Origin: Halobacteria archaeon
Lineage (GTDB): Archaea; Methanobacteriota_B; Thermococci; Methanofastidiosales; NM3
Direction: 5' to 3'
DNA: 64,000 nucleotides
NCBI GenBank assembly: GCA_036733165.1
Contig: DAINBB010000002.1
Coordinates: forward strand, 8,223 to 72,222
In this document: positions 1 through 8,840 of the stretch, in pieces
Layout: each line of letters opens with the position of its first letter
Position numbering within the stretch: the first letter of the stretch is position 1
Translations under genes and position numbers: made by a program
Notes under the pieces: model-generated
The model's input: the letters and a program-made list of their open reading frames with translations, nothing else
Database searches by the model: none
Told to the model about the DNA's origin: nothing

Positions 1-816
1 GCGAAGGACGACGCCAAGCTTGCCGAGGTCGTGAGGAAGATAGAGGAGAAGAGCGTGGGGTATGATGACAAGGAGGAATTCTTCATCGAGAAGCTCAGCC
101 ACGGCGTTGCAAGGATAGCTGCCGGATTCTACCCCAACGACGTGATAGTGAGGCTTTCCGACTTCAAGACAAATGAATATGCCAACCTGATCGGAGGGTA
201 CCTGTACGAGCCGGAGGAACACAATCCCATGATCGGTTGGAGGGGCGCCTCCAGATATTACGATGAGGACTACAAGCCCGCCTTCGGTCTGGAATGCGAG
301 GCCATAAAGAGGGTCAGGAACGAGATGGGCCTCTCTAACGTTAAGACGATGGTCCCGTTCTGCAGGACCCCGGAGGAGGGAAGAAAGGTCATCGAGGTCA
401 TGAACGAATACGGTCTCAGGCAGGGCGACAACGGTCTCGAGGTCTATGTAATGGCCGAGATACCGTCCAACGTCATTGCCGCCGATGAGTTCTGCGATGT
501 CTTCGACGGATTCTCCATAGGATCAAACGACCTCACGCAGCTCACGCTAGGGTTGGACAGGGACTCGGAACTCGTGGCCCATATATACGACGAGAGGAAC
601 ATCGCCGTCAAGAGGATGGTCGCAAGCGTCATAAAGGTCGCGAAGGAGCGGGGCAGGAAGATAGGCATATGCGGTCAGGCGCCATCGGACTTCCCAGAGT
701 TCGCGGAATTCCTGGTCGAGTGCGGCATAGACTCGATGTCGCTCAACCCGGACACTGTCGTGAAGACGAAGCTGCTTGTAGCTGAAAAAGAGGAAAAAAT
801 GGGTATAAAACCATAA
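1..816 (+). CDS. ppsA: phosphoenolpyruvate synthase, C-terminal PEP-utilising TIM-barrel domain (5' partial, starts before the window)
   Basis: Reading frame is open from base 1. The translation has the PEP-utilising enzyme C-terminal signature (ICGQAPSDFPEF, SIGSNDLTQ) and a stop at 814-816. Confidence 0.75.
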   Translation, partial: AKDDAKLAEVVRKIEEKSVGYDDKEEFFIEKLSHGVARIAAGFYPNDVIVRLSDFKTNEYANLIGGYLYEPEEHNPMIGWRGASRYYDEDYKPAFGLECEAIKRVRNEMGLSNVKTMVPFCRTPEEGRKVIEVMNEYGLRQGDNGLEVYVMAEIPSNVIAADEFCDVFDGFSIGSNDLTQLTLGLDRDSELVAHIYDERNIAVKRMVASVIKVAKERGRKIGICGQAPSDFPEFAEFLVECGIDSMSLNPDTVVKTKLLVAEKEEKMGIKP

Positions 817-1146
817 TTCCTTCTTTATTTATTATTCAATCCCTTTCTCTTGTTTTTATATACAATCTTAGAAAGAGTGATCTTCATCGTGTCCCCTCGG
901 GGCCAGAGGTAATCGGGACAAAAGGAATGCTGTTCTGAACTTCTTGCCTTGAACTGACTGTCATGTGAAAAAAGTGACACTAAGATAAATTATCATATAA
1001 CTGTATTATATATTTTTAAGAAATATAAAAGAGCTTAACACAAAATATAAAAGTCAGTTAGAATCAATACCTCACTAATTAACAACGATAAAATTTCTGT
1101 AAGCAATGTCATCAACGAAGCGCTCTCCGTTGTTAGCAAACATCCA

Positions 1147-1791
1147 ATGATAATATTGATCTTCCTGATACCCGCCCTGATCTCCGTTCTGGGCGGTGCG
1201 GCCATCACCGGTGGTTCTGGAATCTTTGGTAACCTGGAAGATTTCCAGGCGGAAGACGGAAGCTTCGATATAGGTGACACTTTCAGTCTTGGCACATTCA
1301 TAGGTGTTGCAGCACTCGTATCGATCATAGTGAGTGTTATATCCATACTTGTGGGAGGCATAGCCATAGCAATGACCGCGGATGCTTTGGAAGGAAGGGA
1401 AGCGGATCTGTCCCGCGGTCTGGATGCCATCAAGGACAAGTGGCTCCTGCTCATCGTCGCGGCCATCGTGCTGGCGGTGCTTCAGTTCATCGGCGTTTTG
1501 GCCTGTTGCATAGGGTATGTGGTCGTTGTCATAGTAACGGTATTCGTCTATCAGGGACTGATATTGGACGACCTCGGACTGACAGAGTCTTTCAGCCATT
1601 CGTTCAATCTGGCCAAGAAAGTATGGCCAGACATATTGATCCTCTACATAATCGCCCTGATCGCGACAGTTGTATTGGCATTGATCCCATATTTGGGCAG
1701 CTTCCTCGGCGAACTCGTCACTGGATTCTTCACTGTGGCGTTCACGATATACTACCTCGGGATCACTCGCTCTGCCCCAACCGAACTATGA
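1147..1791 (+). CDS. hypothetical polytopic membrane protein
   Basis: 214 aa ORF that is strongly hydrophobic with several predicted TM helices and Gly/Ala/Ile/Val-rich segments. It is overlapped by an antisense ORF (1075-1599, minus) that I judge spurious. Confidence 0.4.
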   Translation: MIILIFLIPALISVLGGAAITGGSGIFGNLEDFQAEDGSFDIGDTFSLGTFIGVAALVSIIVSVISILVGGIAIAMTADALEGREADLSRGLDAIKDKWLLLIVAAIVLAVLQFIGVLACCIGYVVVVIVTVFVYQGLILDDLGLTESFSHSFNLAKKVWPDILILYIIALIATVVLALIPYLGSFLGELVTGFFTVAFTIYYLGITRSAPTEL

Positions 1792-2245
1792 CCAACGGAA
1801 GGAAGTAACTGATAAAGATAATGCCAAACAAGAATCCCGTGACAAGTCTCAACTCATTGGTGCTCTCCCGAAACCCCGCAAGCTGGGTGACCCCGTCGAC
1901 AGCAAGTGGGACGAGGGAAAGCAGGACGACCTTGAAGTCAGGGATTCTTGGATTTTCTATTTTATTGTATATAGGCATCAGGAACGTGCCTATGAGCAGC
2001 CCCAGATATATGCCAAAACATCTGGAACATACCGCCATCTTCTCGCCAAAGATGAACAACGATCGCTCCACCCTCTGGTGGCAGACGGTGCGATAGACCG
2101 AATAAAGGTTGTCCGAAGTGGCATCCAGCCCCCACGACTTCAAGAGCGGGGCGGATATTATGCCCATGAGCCAGACTATCTCCGCGCCCAGGGCCAGCAG
2201 GTAGACGGTCCTCATCCGCATATGGTAATAGGTGTGGAACGCCAT
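1763..2245 (-). CDS. DUF2085-family membrane protein
   Basis: 160 aa with a CHQ..RS....MAVCSRCFGIY motif typical of DUF2085, flanked by TM helices. Confidence 0.55.
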   Translation of the reverse strand: MAFHTYYHMRMRTVYLLALGAEIVWLMGIISAPLLKSWGLDATSDNLYSVYRTVCHQRVERSLFIFGEKMAVCSRCFGIYLGLLIGTFLMPIYNKIENPRIPDFKVVLLSLVPLAVDGVTQLAGFRESTNELRLVTGFLFGIIFISYFLPLVIVRLGQSE

Positions 2246-2303
2246 TTAATAATGTGATGCGTGAAGCTGGCAAGGTCGCAGAAATAAAAAGGGTATATTT
2301 ATC

Positions 2304-2930
2304 TTGTTCTCGTGCCGATATGTGACCATGCCCGAAACGATAAGGCTCCCCTCACCTCAGAAGGACCTTGATTTCCCTCTGATGAAAGCCTTGGAAAAAC
2401 GCAGATCCATCAGAAGGTGGGATGATGAACCCCCTTCATGCCAAGAACTCTCAAACCTTCTCTGGGCGGCCTGTGGAATCACCAAGGAAGGAACGAAGAG
2501 GATCAAGAGCAAAAGGACCTCCCCGTCCGCCTGTAATTCGCAGGCTATAAAGATATATGTTGCAATGAAGGAAGGGCTTTACCTCTATGATGAGAGGGAC
2601 CATCAATTGATTAAGATCCTCTCAAAGGACATTAGGGAGAGTATTGGCACCCAAAAAATGATGCATTCTGCCCCGATCGGACTTATCTATGTCTCTGATT
2701 ACTCCAAAATGAGGTCCCCTGTCTTCAAGGATGACGACCGAAGGTGGTTCATATCCGGGACTGATGCCGCATTTGTCAGCCAGAACGTCTATCTCTACTG
2801 CGCGGCTACGAAACTTAGCACGGTGATTCTCAGCCTGGTCGACAGGGACAGACTTCATGATATTATGGGCCTGGGAGGGAATGAGAAGGTTGTATACACG
2901 CAGGTGGTGGGCAGGGCATTGGATAGATAA
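2304..2930 (+). CDS. nitroreductase-family (SagB-type) oxidoreductase
   Basis: KRRSIRRW and LSNLLWAACG motifs typical of the nitroreductase fold. An alternative start is at 2328. Confidence 0.65.
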   Translation: MFSCRYVTMPETIRLPSPQKDLDFPLMKALEKRRSIRRWDDEPPSCQELSNLLWAACGITKEGTKRIKSKRTSPSACNSQAIKIYVAMKEGLYLYDERDHQLIKILSKDIRESIGTQKMMHSAPIGLIYVSDYSKMRSPVFKDDDRRWFISGTDAAFVSQNVYLYCAATKLSTVILSLVDRDRLHDIMGLGGNEKVVYTQVVGRALDR

Positions 2931-3040
2931 TTGCACTCATGACTCATATTGTATGCAAGAACCTATATTGTGCTGGTTGTCCCCACGATTAAATTTCTCT
3001 TTTGTATTCTTCATCGCCTCAACGGCCCCATAAACACAAA

Positions 3041-3052
3041 TCTTTTTAAACA
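3041..3052 (+). promoter_or_regulatory. putative TATA box (TTTTTAAA) upstream of the L13e-like gene, with an AGGTGA RBS at 3076-3081
   Basis: AT-rich octamer about 40 nt upstream of the ATG at 3087. A GGTGA Shine-Dalgarno sits 5 nt before that ATG. Confidence 0.3.
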
Positions 3053-3086
3053 ATGGTAGTTTACAACTGATATTCAGGTGATGTTT

Positions 3087-3653
3087 ATGTTTGAATCTAA
3101 GGTGAGAATTAACTATAACAACATGCATAAGATGAGAAATGGTAGGGGTTTTTCAAAAAAAGAACTAGAAGAGGCGGGATTGACCGTTGATGACGCCCTT
3201 TGGATGGGCATACCCGTCGACGTGAAGAGAAGAACTCTCTATGAGGAGAATGTGGAGACCATATCATCGCTTCTCGAACAGCTCAAAGTGCTGCAGGAAG
3301 AGTACGAGGAACAAAAGAAGGCAGAACTGGCAAGGCAGGAAGAGGTAAGGACCGAGAAGGAAAAGGATTCCAAGAAGAAAAAGAAGGCCAAGCCGGAGAA
3401 GAAGCCAAAGAAGGAGAAACCTGCAGAGGTCGAAGAGGTTGTTGAGGAGGAGCCTGTGGAAGAGGAATCCGAGGAATCGATTCCCTTGGAAATGATACCT
3501 GGTGTCGGTCCCAAGACCGCAGAGAGGTTGGTCGAGGCGGGTTACTCGACGGTGGACGATATCATGAATGCCACGGCCGAACAACTTGCCGAGATCAAGG
3601 GGATCTCCGAGAAGTCCGCCAAGGAAATAATAGAGAAAGCCAAGGGACTTTAG
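3087..3653 (+). CDS. ribosomal protein L13e-like domain fused to a K/E-rich linker and a C-terminal helix-hairpin-helix domain
   Basis: The N-terminus (RNGRGFSKKELEEAGL..GIPVDVKRRT..EENVETISSLLEQLK) matches the eukaryotic/archaeal L13e core (GRGFSLEEL..GISVDPRRRN..ESLQ.NVQRLKEY). The C-terminus (IPGVGPKTAERLVEAGYSTVDDI...LAEIKGISEKSAKEI) is a tandem HhH. A GGTGA RBS precedes the ATG at 3087; the listed ORF opens at a GTG at 3078. Confidence 0.55.
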   Translation: MFESKVRINYNNMHKMRNGRGFSKKELEEAGLTVDDALWMGIPVDVKRRTLYEENVETISSLLEQLKVLQEEYEEQKKAELARQEEVRTEKEKDSKKKKKAKPEKKPKKEKPAEVEEVVEEEPVEEESEESIPLEMIPGVGPKTAERLVEAGYSTVDDIMNATAEQLAEIKGISEKSAKEIIEKAKGL

Positions 3654-3663
3654 TTCCTTGCCC

Positions 3664-3675
3664 TTACTTTTTTTC
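3664..3675 (+). terminator. T7 tract between convergent genes (archaeal oligo-T terminator)
   Basis: TTTTTTT at 3668-3674 lies immediately after the L13e-like stop codon. Confidence 0.4.
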
Positions 3676-4541
3676 TAGAACATTTTCTCAGGTTGCCTTC
3701 CATCAAGGAACGGCAGTTCCATTGCTGACAGGTAGAGAGGCCTGTCGATGTCCTTCGCCCTGTCGAGCAAGAGCTCTTTCCCGATCTGGCTCAGAGCGAA
3801 GATGGGTATGGAAGAGCCTGCTTGGGCCATTATATGCCCTTTCAGATTCTCCCTCAACTGTCTCGAGGCGCAAGAGGTCACAAGGTCGCACCCGTCCAAT
3901 ATATCCTGGCTGAAGCAAAGACCAGTAGTGTGAACCAAAAAAGTAACGGCATCGTCGCCGAATGTCTCCTTGATACGTTTGGCCTCCTTAGGGTCCGCAA
4001 CGGTAACGCCGACCTTCGAATATCCAAGTTCCATGGCTCGTTTGACGCCAAGGAACTGGTCAATGCCGGCGTCTTCCGGGTCCAGAACAACACCTTCAAG
4101 TTGGGATATCCTATCTATAATCCCTCTTATTGGCGTGGTGCTGACCAGGCCTGAGAGCCTGGCGCCGATACCCTGGACCAGCTCCGGATTGGCGGATATC
4201 ACGGTCCCGGCGCCTTCGCATACGCATATTATGGCATCTAACCTATTTCTCTTGAGGGCGGACATGAAGATCTCGGAAGTGCCGAATCCGACGAAAACGT
4301 TCTGGAGAAGATTCCTCCTCTCAGTGAACAGCCCGAATTCCCGTATTCTCCCCTCTATGTTCTCCTTGATGATCTCCTTTGTGATCTTCTCAATTCCCTT
4401 GTGTTTGTAGAACAGCGGACAGAAGGATAACTTTGGTTCAGATACCGAGACCACAGTCCCGTTCTTGACTACCACTCTGGACATGCCGAGGGTCTCCATT
4501 ACATGTTCATCTTCCATAAAAAAGGAAGATAGTTTATCCAT
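3675..4541 (-). CDS. conserved archaeal hypothetical protein (possibly DUF2099 / methanogenesis-marker-8-like)
   Basis: 288 aa soluble protein with no hydrophobic segments. Family assignment is from memory only and is weak. Confidence 0.4.
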   Translation of the reverse strand: MDKLSSFFMEDEHVMETLGMSRVVVKNGTVVSVSEPKLSFCPLFYKHKGIEKITKEIIKENIEGRIREFGLFTERRNLLQNVFVGFGTSEIFMSALKRNRLDAIICVCEGAGTVISANPELVQGIGARLSGLVSTTPIRGIIDRISQLEGVVLDPEDAGIDQFLGVKRAMELGYSKVGVTVADPKEAKRIKETFGDDAVTFLVHTTGLCFSQDILDGCDLVTSCASRQLRENLKGHIMAQAGSSIPIFALSQIGKELLLDRAKDIDRPLYLSAMELPFLDGRQPEKMF

Positions 4542-4574
4542 ATAAAATTATGGAAAATACTATAAAAATAGTAG

Positions 4575-4648
4575 CGGGCCGTGAGGGATTCGAACCCCCG
4601 ACCGATGGATTAAGAGTCCATTGCTCTACCAGACTAAGCCAACGGCCC
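4575..4648 (-). tRNA. tRNA-Lys (anticodon CTT)
   Basis: 74 nt cloverleaf read on the minus strand. Acceptor stem is GGGCCGT/ACGGCCC, anticodon stem-loop is ATGGA-CTCTTAA-TCCAT, T-loop is GGGGGTTCGAATCCCTC, discriminator is G, and no CCA is encoded. Confidence 0.85.
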
Positions 4649-4794
4649 ATAGTAAAAAGAATATATCCCTTTTTAAAGTTTATGTTCAAATTTTATTTCT
4701 AGAAATGGTAATTCGCCATACTTATTAATAGATAACTTCCGGAATTGTATAGGCATTACGAGATGAAGAAACAACCTCTGGAATTGTTGCAAAT

Positions 4795-5163
4795 ATGAAG
4801 AATCCTGGGAAAGAAGATATCAAGGCATTGGAATCCGTGGCCTTGAAGTATGTTGAGGCCATCAACAATGGCGACTCAGAGTCTCTCGTTGCACTTCAGG
4901 CAGAAGACTTCACGTTCATCGATGTGGACGGAGTCCTGTCACAGGGCAAAATAAACTGGAAAGGATATTTTTCAGCCTATCCCAAATACAAAATCCATAT
5001 ACTAAAAGTATTGACAGGTGGCAACGGAGTGGCAATTATCGGCAAAACCACGGGTTCGCATGTGCCTCCTGAGATCGAAGAGAAAGAAACCGTTATTTGG
5101 ACCGCCGAGATTCGGGACGGCCTTATCGTTGAATGGAGAATATACACAGATGCGCGCTATTGA
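4795..5163 (+). CDS. NTF2-like / SnoaL-like small protein
   Basis: 122 aa ORF lying between the two tRNA genes. Sequence pattern fits a DUF4440/SnoaL-type fold (KYVEAINNGD..LVAL...DFTFI, and a WRIYTD C-terminus). Confidence 0.45.
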   Translation: MKNPGKEDIKALESVALKYVEAINNGDSESLVALQAEDFTFIDVDGVLSQGKINWKGYFSAYPKYKIHILKVLTGGNGVAIIGKTTGSHVPPEIEEKETVIWTAEIRDGLIVEWRIYTDARY

Positions 5164-5208
5164 ATGCCGGTAATTCTCCAACATCAAAAATCGATCTGTT
5201 TGTAATTA

Positions 5209-5287
5209 TGGGGCCAGGGCCGAGATTTGAACCCGAGTCAAAGGATCCACAGTCCTTTAGGATAGACCAAACTACCCTACCCCGGCC
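5209..5287 (-). tRNA. tRNA-His (anticodon GTG) with encoded G-1 and encoded 3' CCA
   Basis: Read on the minus strand as G-1, then acceptor GCCGGGG/CCCTGGC, anticodon loop CTGTGGA (GTG), T-loop GGGTTCAAATC, discriminator C paired with the extra 5' G-1, and CCA present in the DNA. Confidence 0.8.
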
Positions 5288-5429
5288 ACTAAAGCAATTC
5301 CAAAAGGTATTGATACACATTTAAATCTTTTGGTTTCATTTTTCTTGGAAAAATCTGTCAGGGAGACAATTTTCACTTTACCGCCGCTCTCTCTATAGGC
5401 TTATATTTAATTTTAACAAATCTCTATCA

Positions 5430-6650
5430 ATGGTCACTCTCGATAAGATGTTATCACTTGCCAAAGGCAGCAGATTCGACTCCACGGGGCCTGAAAAAAA
5501 CAGTGCCCCCGATCTTGAAAAGATATACGCCTTAGGGGATGCGACAAAACACGACATCTGCGTCTCAAGCGCCAGTTCCCGAAAGGTCACCGGCCTTGAC
5601 AGGATAGGGGATGTCGCAAAGGGGGGCATATGTCACTCCTTCTCCCATGACGGGAGATGTGTGAGCATGTTCAAGACATTGTTCACGAACGAGTGCAAAC
5701 ATCAATGCGCATATTGCTCCAACTCGACCACATGCAAGAAACATCACGCCAAGTTCTCATACGAACCACATGAACTCGCTAACCTGTTCATGAAGCTATA
5801 TCTGGGAAATTACGTGGAGGGCCTGTTCCTGTCCTCAGGGATAGGCGATGATGAGCATCGCACCATGGAACAGATGATCGAATCCACCAGGATATTGAGG
5901 GAGAGGCACAAGTTCGCAGGGTATGTGCACCTTAAGATACTGCCCGGCGCGGACAAGGAACATATCGCCCAGGCAGTTGAGCTGGCAGACAGGGTGAGTG
6001 TGAACATAGAGGTGCCAGATGCCGGATATATGGATGTCCTGAGCCCCACAAAGGACTACGACCTTGACATATTGAGAAGACAGAGATATATCAAGGGGCT
6101 TGAGAAAAGAAGGGGGCTGCCGGCAGGCCAGACCACACAGTTCGTCATCGGGGGGGCCAGCGAGAGCGACCGTGAGGTCTTCGATTCTGTCCTAAAGGAA
6201 TACGACGACATGAAGCTTAAGAGGGTCTATTATTCCTCATTCCTGCCTGTCGAGGGCACCGCACTGGAGGAAAACGCCGCACAGCCCACATGGAGGGAAC
6301 ATAGACTTTACCAGATAGATTGGTTGTATAGAGTTTATAAACTGGAGGACCGGGAGATATCGCTGGCGTTCAATGAAAACGACAATCTGCCCAACACCGA
6401 CCCCAAGGTCACGATAGCCAGAGAGACCATGGATTCCCCTATAGATCCAAATCTGGCCTCTTACGGCGAACTGCTCAGGGTGCCGGGGATAGGACCCATA
6501 AGCGCCAGACGGATAATATCTACAAGGAGGTCAGGGAGGATCAGGACCAGAAAAGAGCTCCACTATCTCGGCGTAAGGACGAAGAGGGCGGCCCCGTTCA
6601 TCAAGCTGGGCGGTTGGCAAGACTCGCTATTGGAAAGGTGGATCAATTGA
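5430..6650 (+). CDS. radical SAM protein of the putative DNA modification/repair family, with a C-terminal HhH
   Basis: C-x3-C-x2-C cluster (CKHQCAYC) and a C-terminal HhH (LRVPGIGPISARRIISTRR). Size and architecture match the TIGR03916-type radical SAM family. Confidence 0.6.
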   Translation: MVTLDKMLSLAKGSRFDSTGPEKNSAPDLEKIYALGDATKHDICVSSASSRKVTGLDRIGDVAKGGICHSFSHDGRCVSMFKTLFTNECKHQCAYCSNSTTCKKHHAKFSYEPHELANLFMKLYLGNYVEGLFLSSGIGDDEHRTMEQMIESTRILRERHKFAGYVHLKILPGADKEHIAQAVELADRVSVNIEVPDAGYMDVLSPTKDYDLDILRRQRYIKGLEKRRGLPAGQTTQFVIGGASESDREVFDSVLKEYDDMKLKRVYYSSFLPVEGTALEENAAQPTWREHRLYQIDWLYRVYKLEDREISLAFNENDNLPNTDPKVTIARETMDSPIDPNLASYGELLRVPGIGPISARRIISTRRSGRIRTRKELHYLGVRTKRAAPFIKLGGWQDSLLERWIN

Positions 6651-6664
6651 ACAAGAAGAACATC

Positions 6665-7237
6665 ATGAAATACCTATCATGCCACTGTGCATGCACTGAG
6701 GCCATATACAATCAGGCGATGAGGACAACGGCATCGGATATAGAGAACGCCAGGGACCAAAAGACCTCACGGATAAGATCCATGATATCTGCCGTCAGGC
6801 TCGAGGTGCACAAGATGAGGGGCTATGTAAGGCTTTCCCCATTGGGGGACAAGACACTGTACGGATATATGAGACCCAAACACAACATAGGAGAGATGGT
6901 CTCCAACATAATGGCGCACAGGTACCCCAACATGATAATAGTGCTTGGAAACTCCAACAAGAGCTGGATATCGCTCTATACGTCCGAGGGCATATCGTAC
7001 ATGTCCGATGGTCCATTGGAGAAGGTAGTTGAAAAACTTGGACAGCTCACAAAGACTTCCGGGGAAAAAACGGATATCGAAGGTGTGTGGGATGTATATT
7101 ACAAGAGCCAATACCGTCCCGAGAGGAGGAATCTGAAATATTTCCACCAGAACATGACTCTCACGTCCATGCGGTCCGTAAGGCCAAAACCAGAGTCCAA
7201 CAAGAACGGCGCCACGCTTGACTCATTTATGGAGTAA
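6665..7237 (+). CDS. possible partner protein of the radical SAM DNA modification/repair enzyme (DUF4130-like?)
   Basis: Immediately downstream on the same strand. The first in-frame ATG at 6614 would overlap the upstream gene, so the start is placed at 6665 (MKYLSCHC). The C-terminal segment WDVYYKSQYRPERRNLKYFHQNM resembles the DUF4130 core. This is from memory only. Confidence 0.4.
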   Translation: MKYLSCHCACTEAIYNQAMRTTASDIENARDQKTSRIRSMISAVRLEVHKMRGYVRLSPLGDKTLYGYMRPKHNIGEMVSNIMAHRYPNMIIVLGNSNKSWISLYTSEGISYMSDGPLEKVVEKLGQLTKTSGEKTDIEGVWDVYYKSQYRPERRNLKYFHQNMTLTSMRSVRPKPESNKNGATLDSFME

Positions 7238-7286
7238 CTGCCATTGGGTTCCTTACTTTTTTATAGTTCATCGCCATATTAATACC

Positions 7287-7625
7287 ATGAACATCATAAA
7301 GGTGTCAGATGTCCAAACGGCACAGACCCCACATAAGGTCGATGTCAGAAAACTGTTCGATAGCGAACATGTTCAACTGGTGCACATAGAGCTCAGGCCG
7401 GGGGAGAGCCTCAAGAAGCACATCACGCCGGTCGATGTGGCATTCTATGTCCTTGAGGGAGAGGGCACGGTGCTTATCGGCGAGGAAAAACAGAAAGTTG
7501 GTCCGGACTCCGTGGTCGAAAGCCCAAAGGGGATCGTTCATACCTGGTACAACGATGGCAAGGAAACGTTCAGAGTGCTGGTCATAAAGACGCCAAGGCC
7601 GACAGAAAACACAAGAACACTTTAA
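7287..7625 (+). CDS. cupin-domain protein
   Basis: ELRPGESLKKH....LEGEGTV pattern of a cupin_2 barrel. A longer ORF opens at 7218. Confidence 0.55.
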   Translation: MNIIKVSDVQTAQTPHKVDVRKLFDSEHVQLVHIELRPGESLKKHITPVDVAFYVLEGEGTVLIGEEKQKVGPDSVVESPKGIVHTWYNDGKETFRVLVIKTPRPTENTRTL

Positions 7626-7630
7626 TTTAC

Positions 7631-7652
7631 TTCATTTTTTATACTTTATTTT
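7631..7652 (+). terminator. oligo-T tracts after the cupin gene
   Basis: TTTTTT at 7635-7640 and TTTT at 7649-7652, directly after the stop at 7623-7625. Confidence 0.35.
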
Positions 7653-7750
7653 GTATAAATAGATGTAAAAATTTATAAGTGGTATTTTATCTCTATGAAA
7701 TAGTGTTTTACGACCATAAAATATATAAATAATCTCTTATCAATGAGGGA

Positions 7751-7759
7751 AAGGTGATA
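7751..7759 (+). promoter_or_regulatory. Shine-Dalgarno (AAGGTGATA) for the inositol-1-phosphate synthase gene, with an AT-rich TATA-like stretch at 7717-7730
   Basis: A GGTGA ends 4 nt upstream of the ATG at 7762. AAAATATATAAATA lies about 35-45 nt upstream. Confidence 0.4.
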
Positions 7760-7761
7760 GT

Positions 7762-8838
7762 ATGGGTAAGATCAGACTTGCTATAGCAGGAGTAGGCAAT
7801 TGCGCTTCATCTCTTATACAGGGACTTGAATATTACAAGGACGTCACAGAGAAGGACGACCTTGTGCCAGGTCTCATGCACAACGTGTTCGGTGACTACA
7901 AGATATCGGACATCGAACCGGTGGCAGCATTTGACGTTGATAACAGGAAGATAGGCCTAAAGCTTGAAGAGGCCATATTCGCGGGCGAGAACTGTACAAA
8001 GAAGTTCTCAGAAGGACTAAGGACCGATGTCGTGGTGCAAAGGGCGCCTGTCCTTGACGGGATCGGGAAGAAGCTCTCCGAGGTCATACCTGTTGACAAG
8101 AACGCTCCGACCGTCGATGTCGCACAGGTGTTGGAGGACACAAAGGCGGACATGCTCGTGTCTTACATGCCTGTCGGTTCTGAGAAGGCCGCCAGGTACT
8201 ATGCGGAGGAATGCCTGAAGTCGGGGACCGCGTTCGTGAACGGCATGCCGGAATTCATATGCTCTGATGAGGGATGGGCAAAGAGATTCGAGGAAGCCGG
8301 CATCCCCTGCGCAGGTGACGACATAAAGTCCCAAGTGGGGGCTACCATATTGCACAGGGTCCTCTCGAGGCTGTTTTTGGACCGTGGGGCGGAGATAGTC
8401 GAATCGTACCAGCTCAACATCGGCGGAAACACCGACTTCTACAACATGCTCGAGGAGGAGAGGCTAAAGTCCAAGAGAATATCAAAGACACAGGCGGTGC
8501 AATCTCTGGTACCATACAAGGTCCCGCTCAGGATAGGCCCGTCGGACTACGTTCCGTTCCTCAAGGACAACAAGGTCTGTTACATCAAGATGACCGGAAA
8601 GAAGTTCGGTGACATCCCGTTCGAGCTCGACCTCAAGCTGTCCGTCGAGGACTCTCCAAACTCCGCAGGTGTCATGATAGATGCGATAAGGGCAACAAAG
8701 ATCGCCCTGGACAGGAACATCTCTGGACAGTTGATCTCAATCTCATCGTACTCCTTCAAGCACCCGCCGCAGCAGTTCCCAGACGATGTCTGCAAGCGCA
8801 TGGTGGAAGAGTTCATCAAGGGCGAAAGGGAGAGATAG
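7762..8838 (+). CDS. myo-inositol-1-phosphate synthase (archaeal short form)
   Basis: 358 aa. Has the N-terminal Rossmann motif (IRLAIAGVGNCASSLIQG) and overall IPS-like layout. Confidence 0.75.
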   Translation: MGKIRLAIAGVGNCASSLIQGLEYYKDVTEKDDLVPGLMHNVFGDYKISDIEPVAAFDVDNRKIGLKLEEAIFAGENCTKKFSEGLRTDVVVQRAPVLDGIGKKLSEVIPVDKNAPTVDVAQVLEDTKADMLVSYMPVGSEKAARYYAEECLKSGTAFVNGMPEFICSDEGWAKRFEEAGIPCAGDDIKSQVGATILHRVLSRLFLDRGAEIVESYQLNIGGNTDFYNMLEEERLKSKRISKTQAVQSLVPYKVPLRIGPSDYVPFLKDNKVCYIKMTGKKFGDIPFELDLKLSVEDSPNSAGVMIDAIRATKIALDRNISGQLISISSYSFKHPPQQFPDDVCKRMVEEFIKGERER

Positions 8839-8840
8839 GA

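Noticed and set aside
1075-1599. 174 aa minus-strand ORF overlapping the membrane-protein gene at 1147-1791
   Set aside because: It is entirely antisense to a strongly hydrophobic, protein-like + strand ORF. Its composition is not protein-like (mixed polar and aromatic runs), and no motif is recognisable. Treated as a shadow ORF.
3239-3584. Minus-strand ORFs (91 and 106 aa) inside the L13e-like gene
   Set aside because: They are antisense to the Lys/Glu-rich linker, which produces low-complexity Ser/Phe/Leu-rich translations. Spurious.
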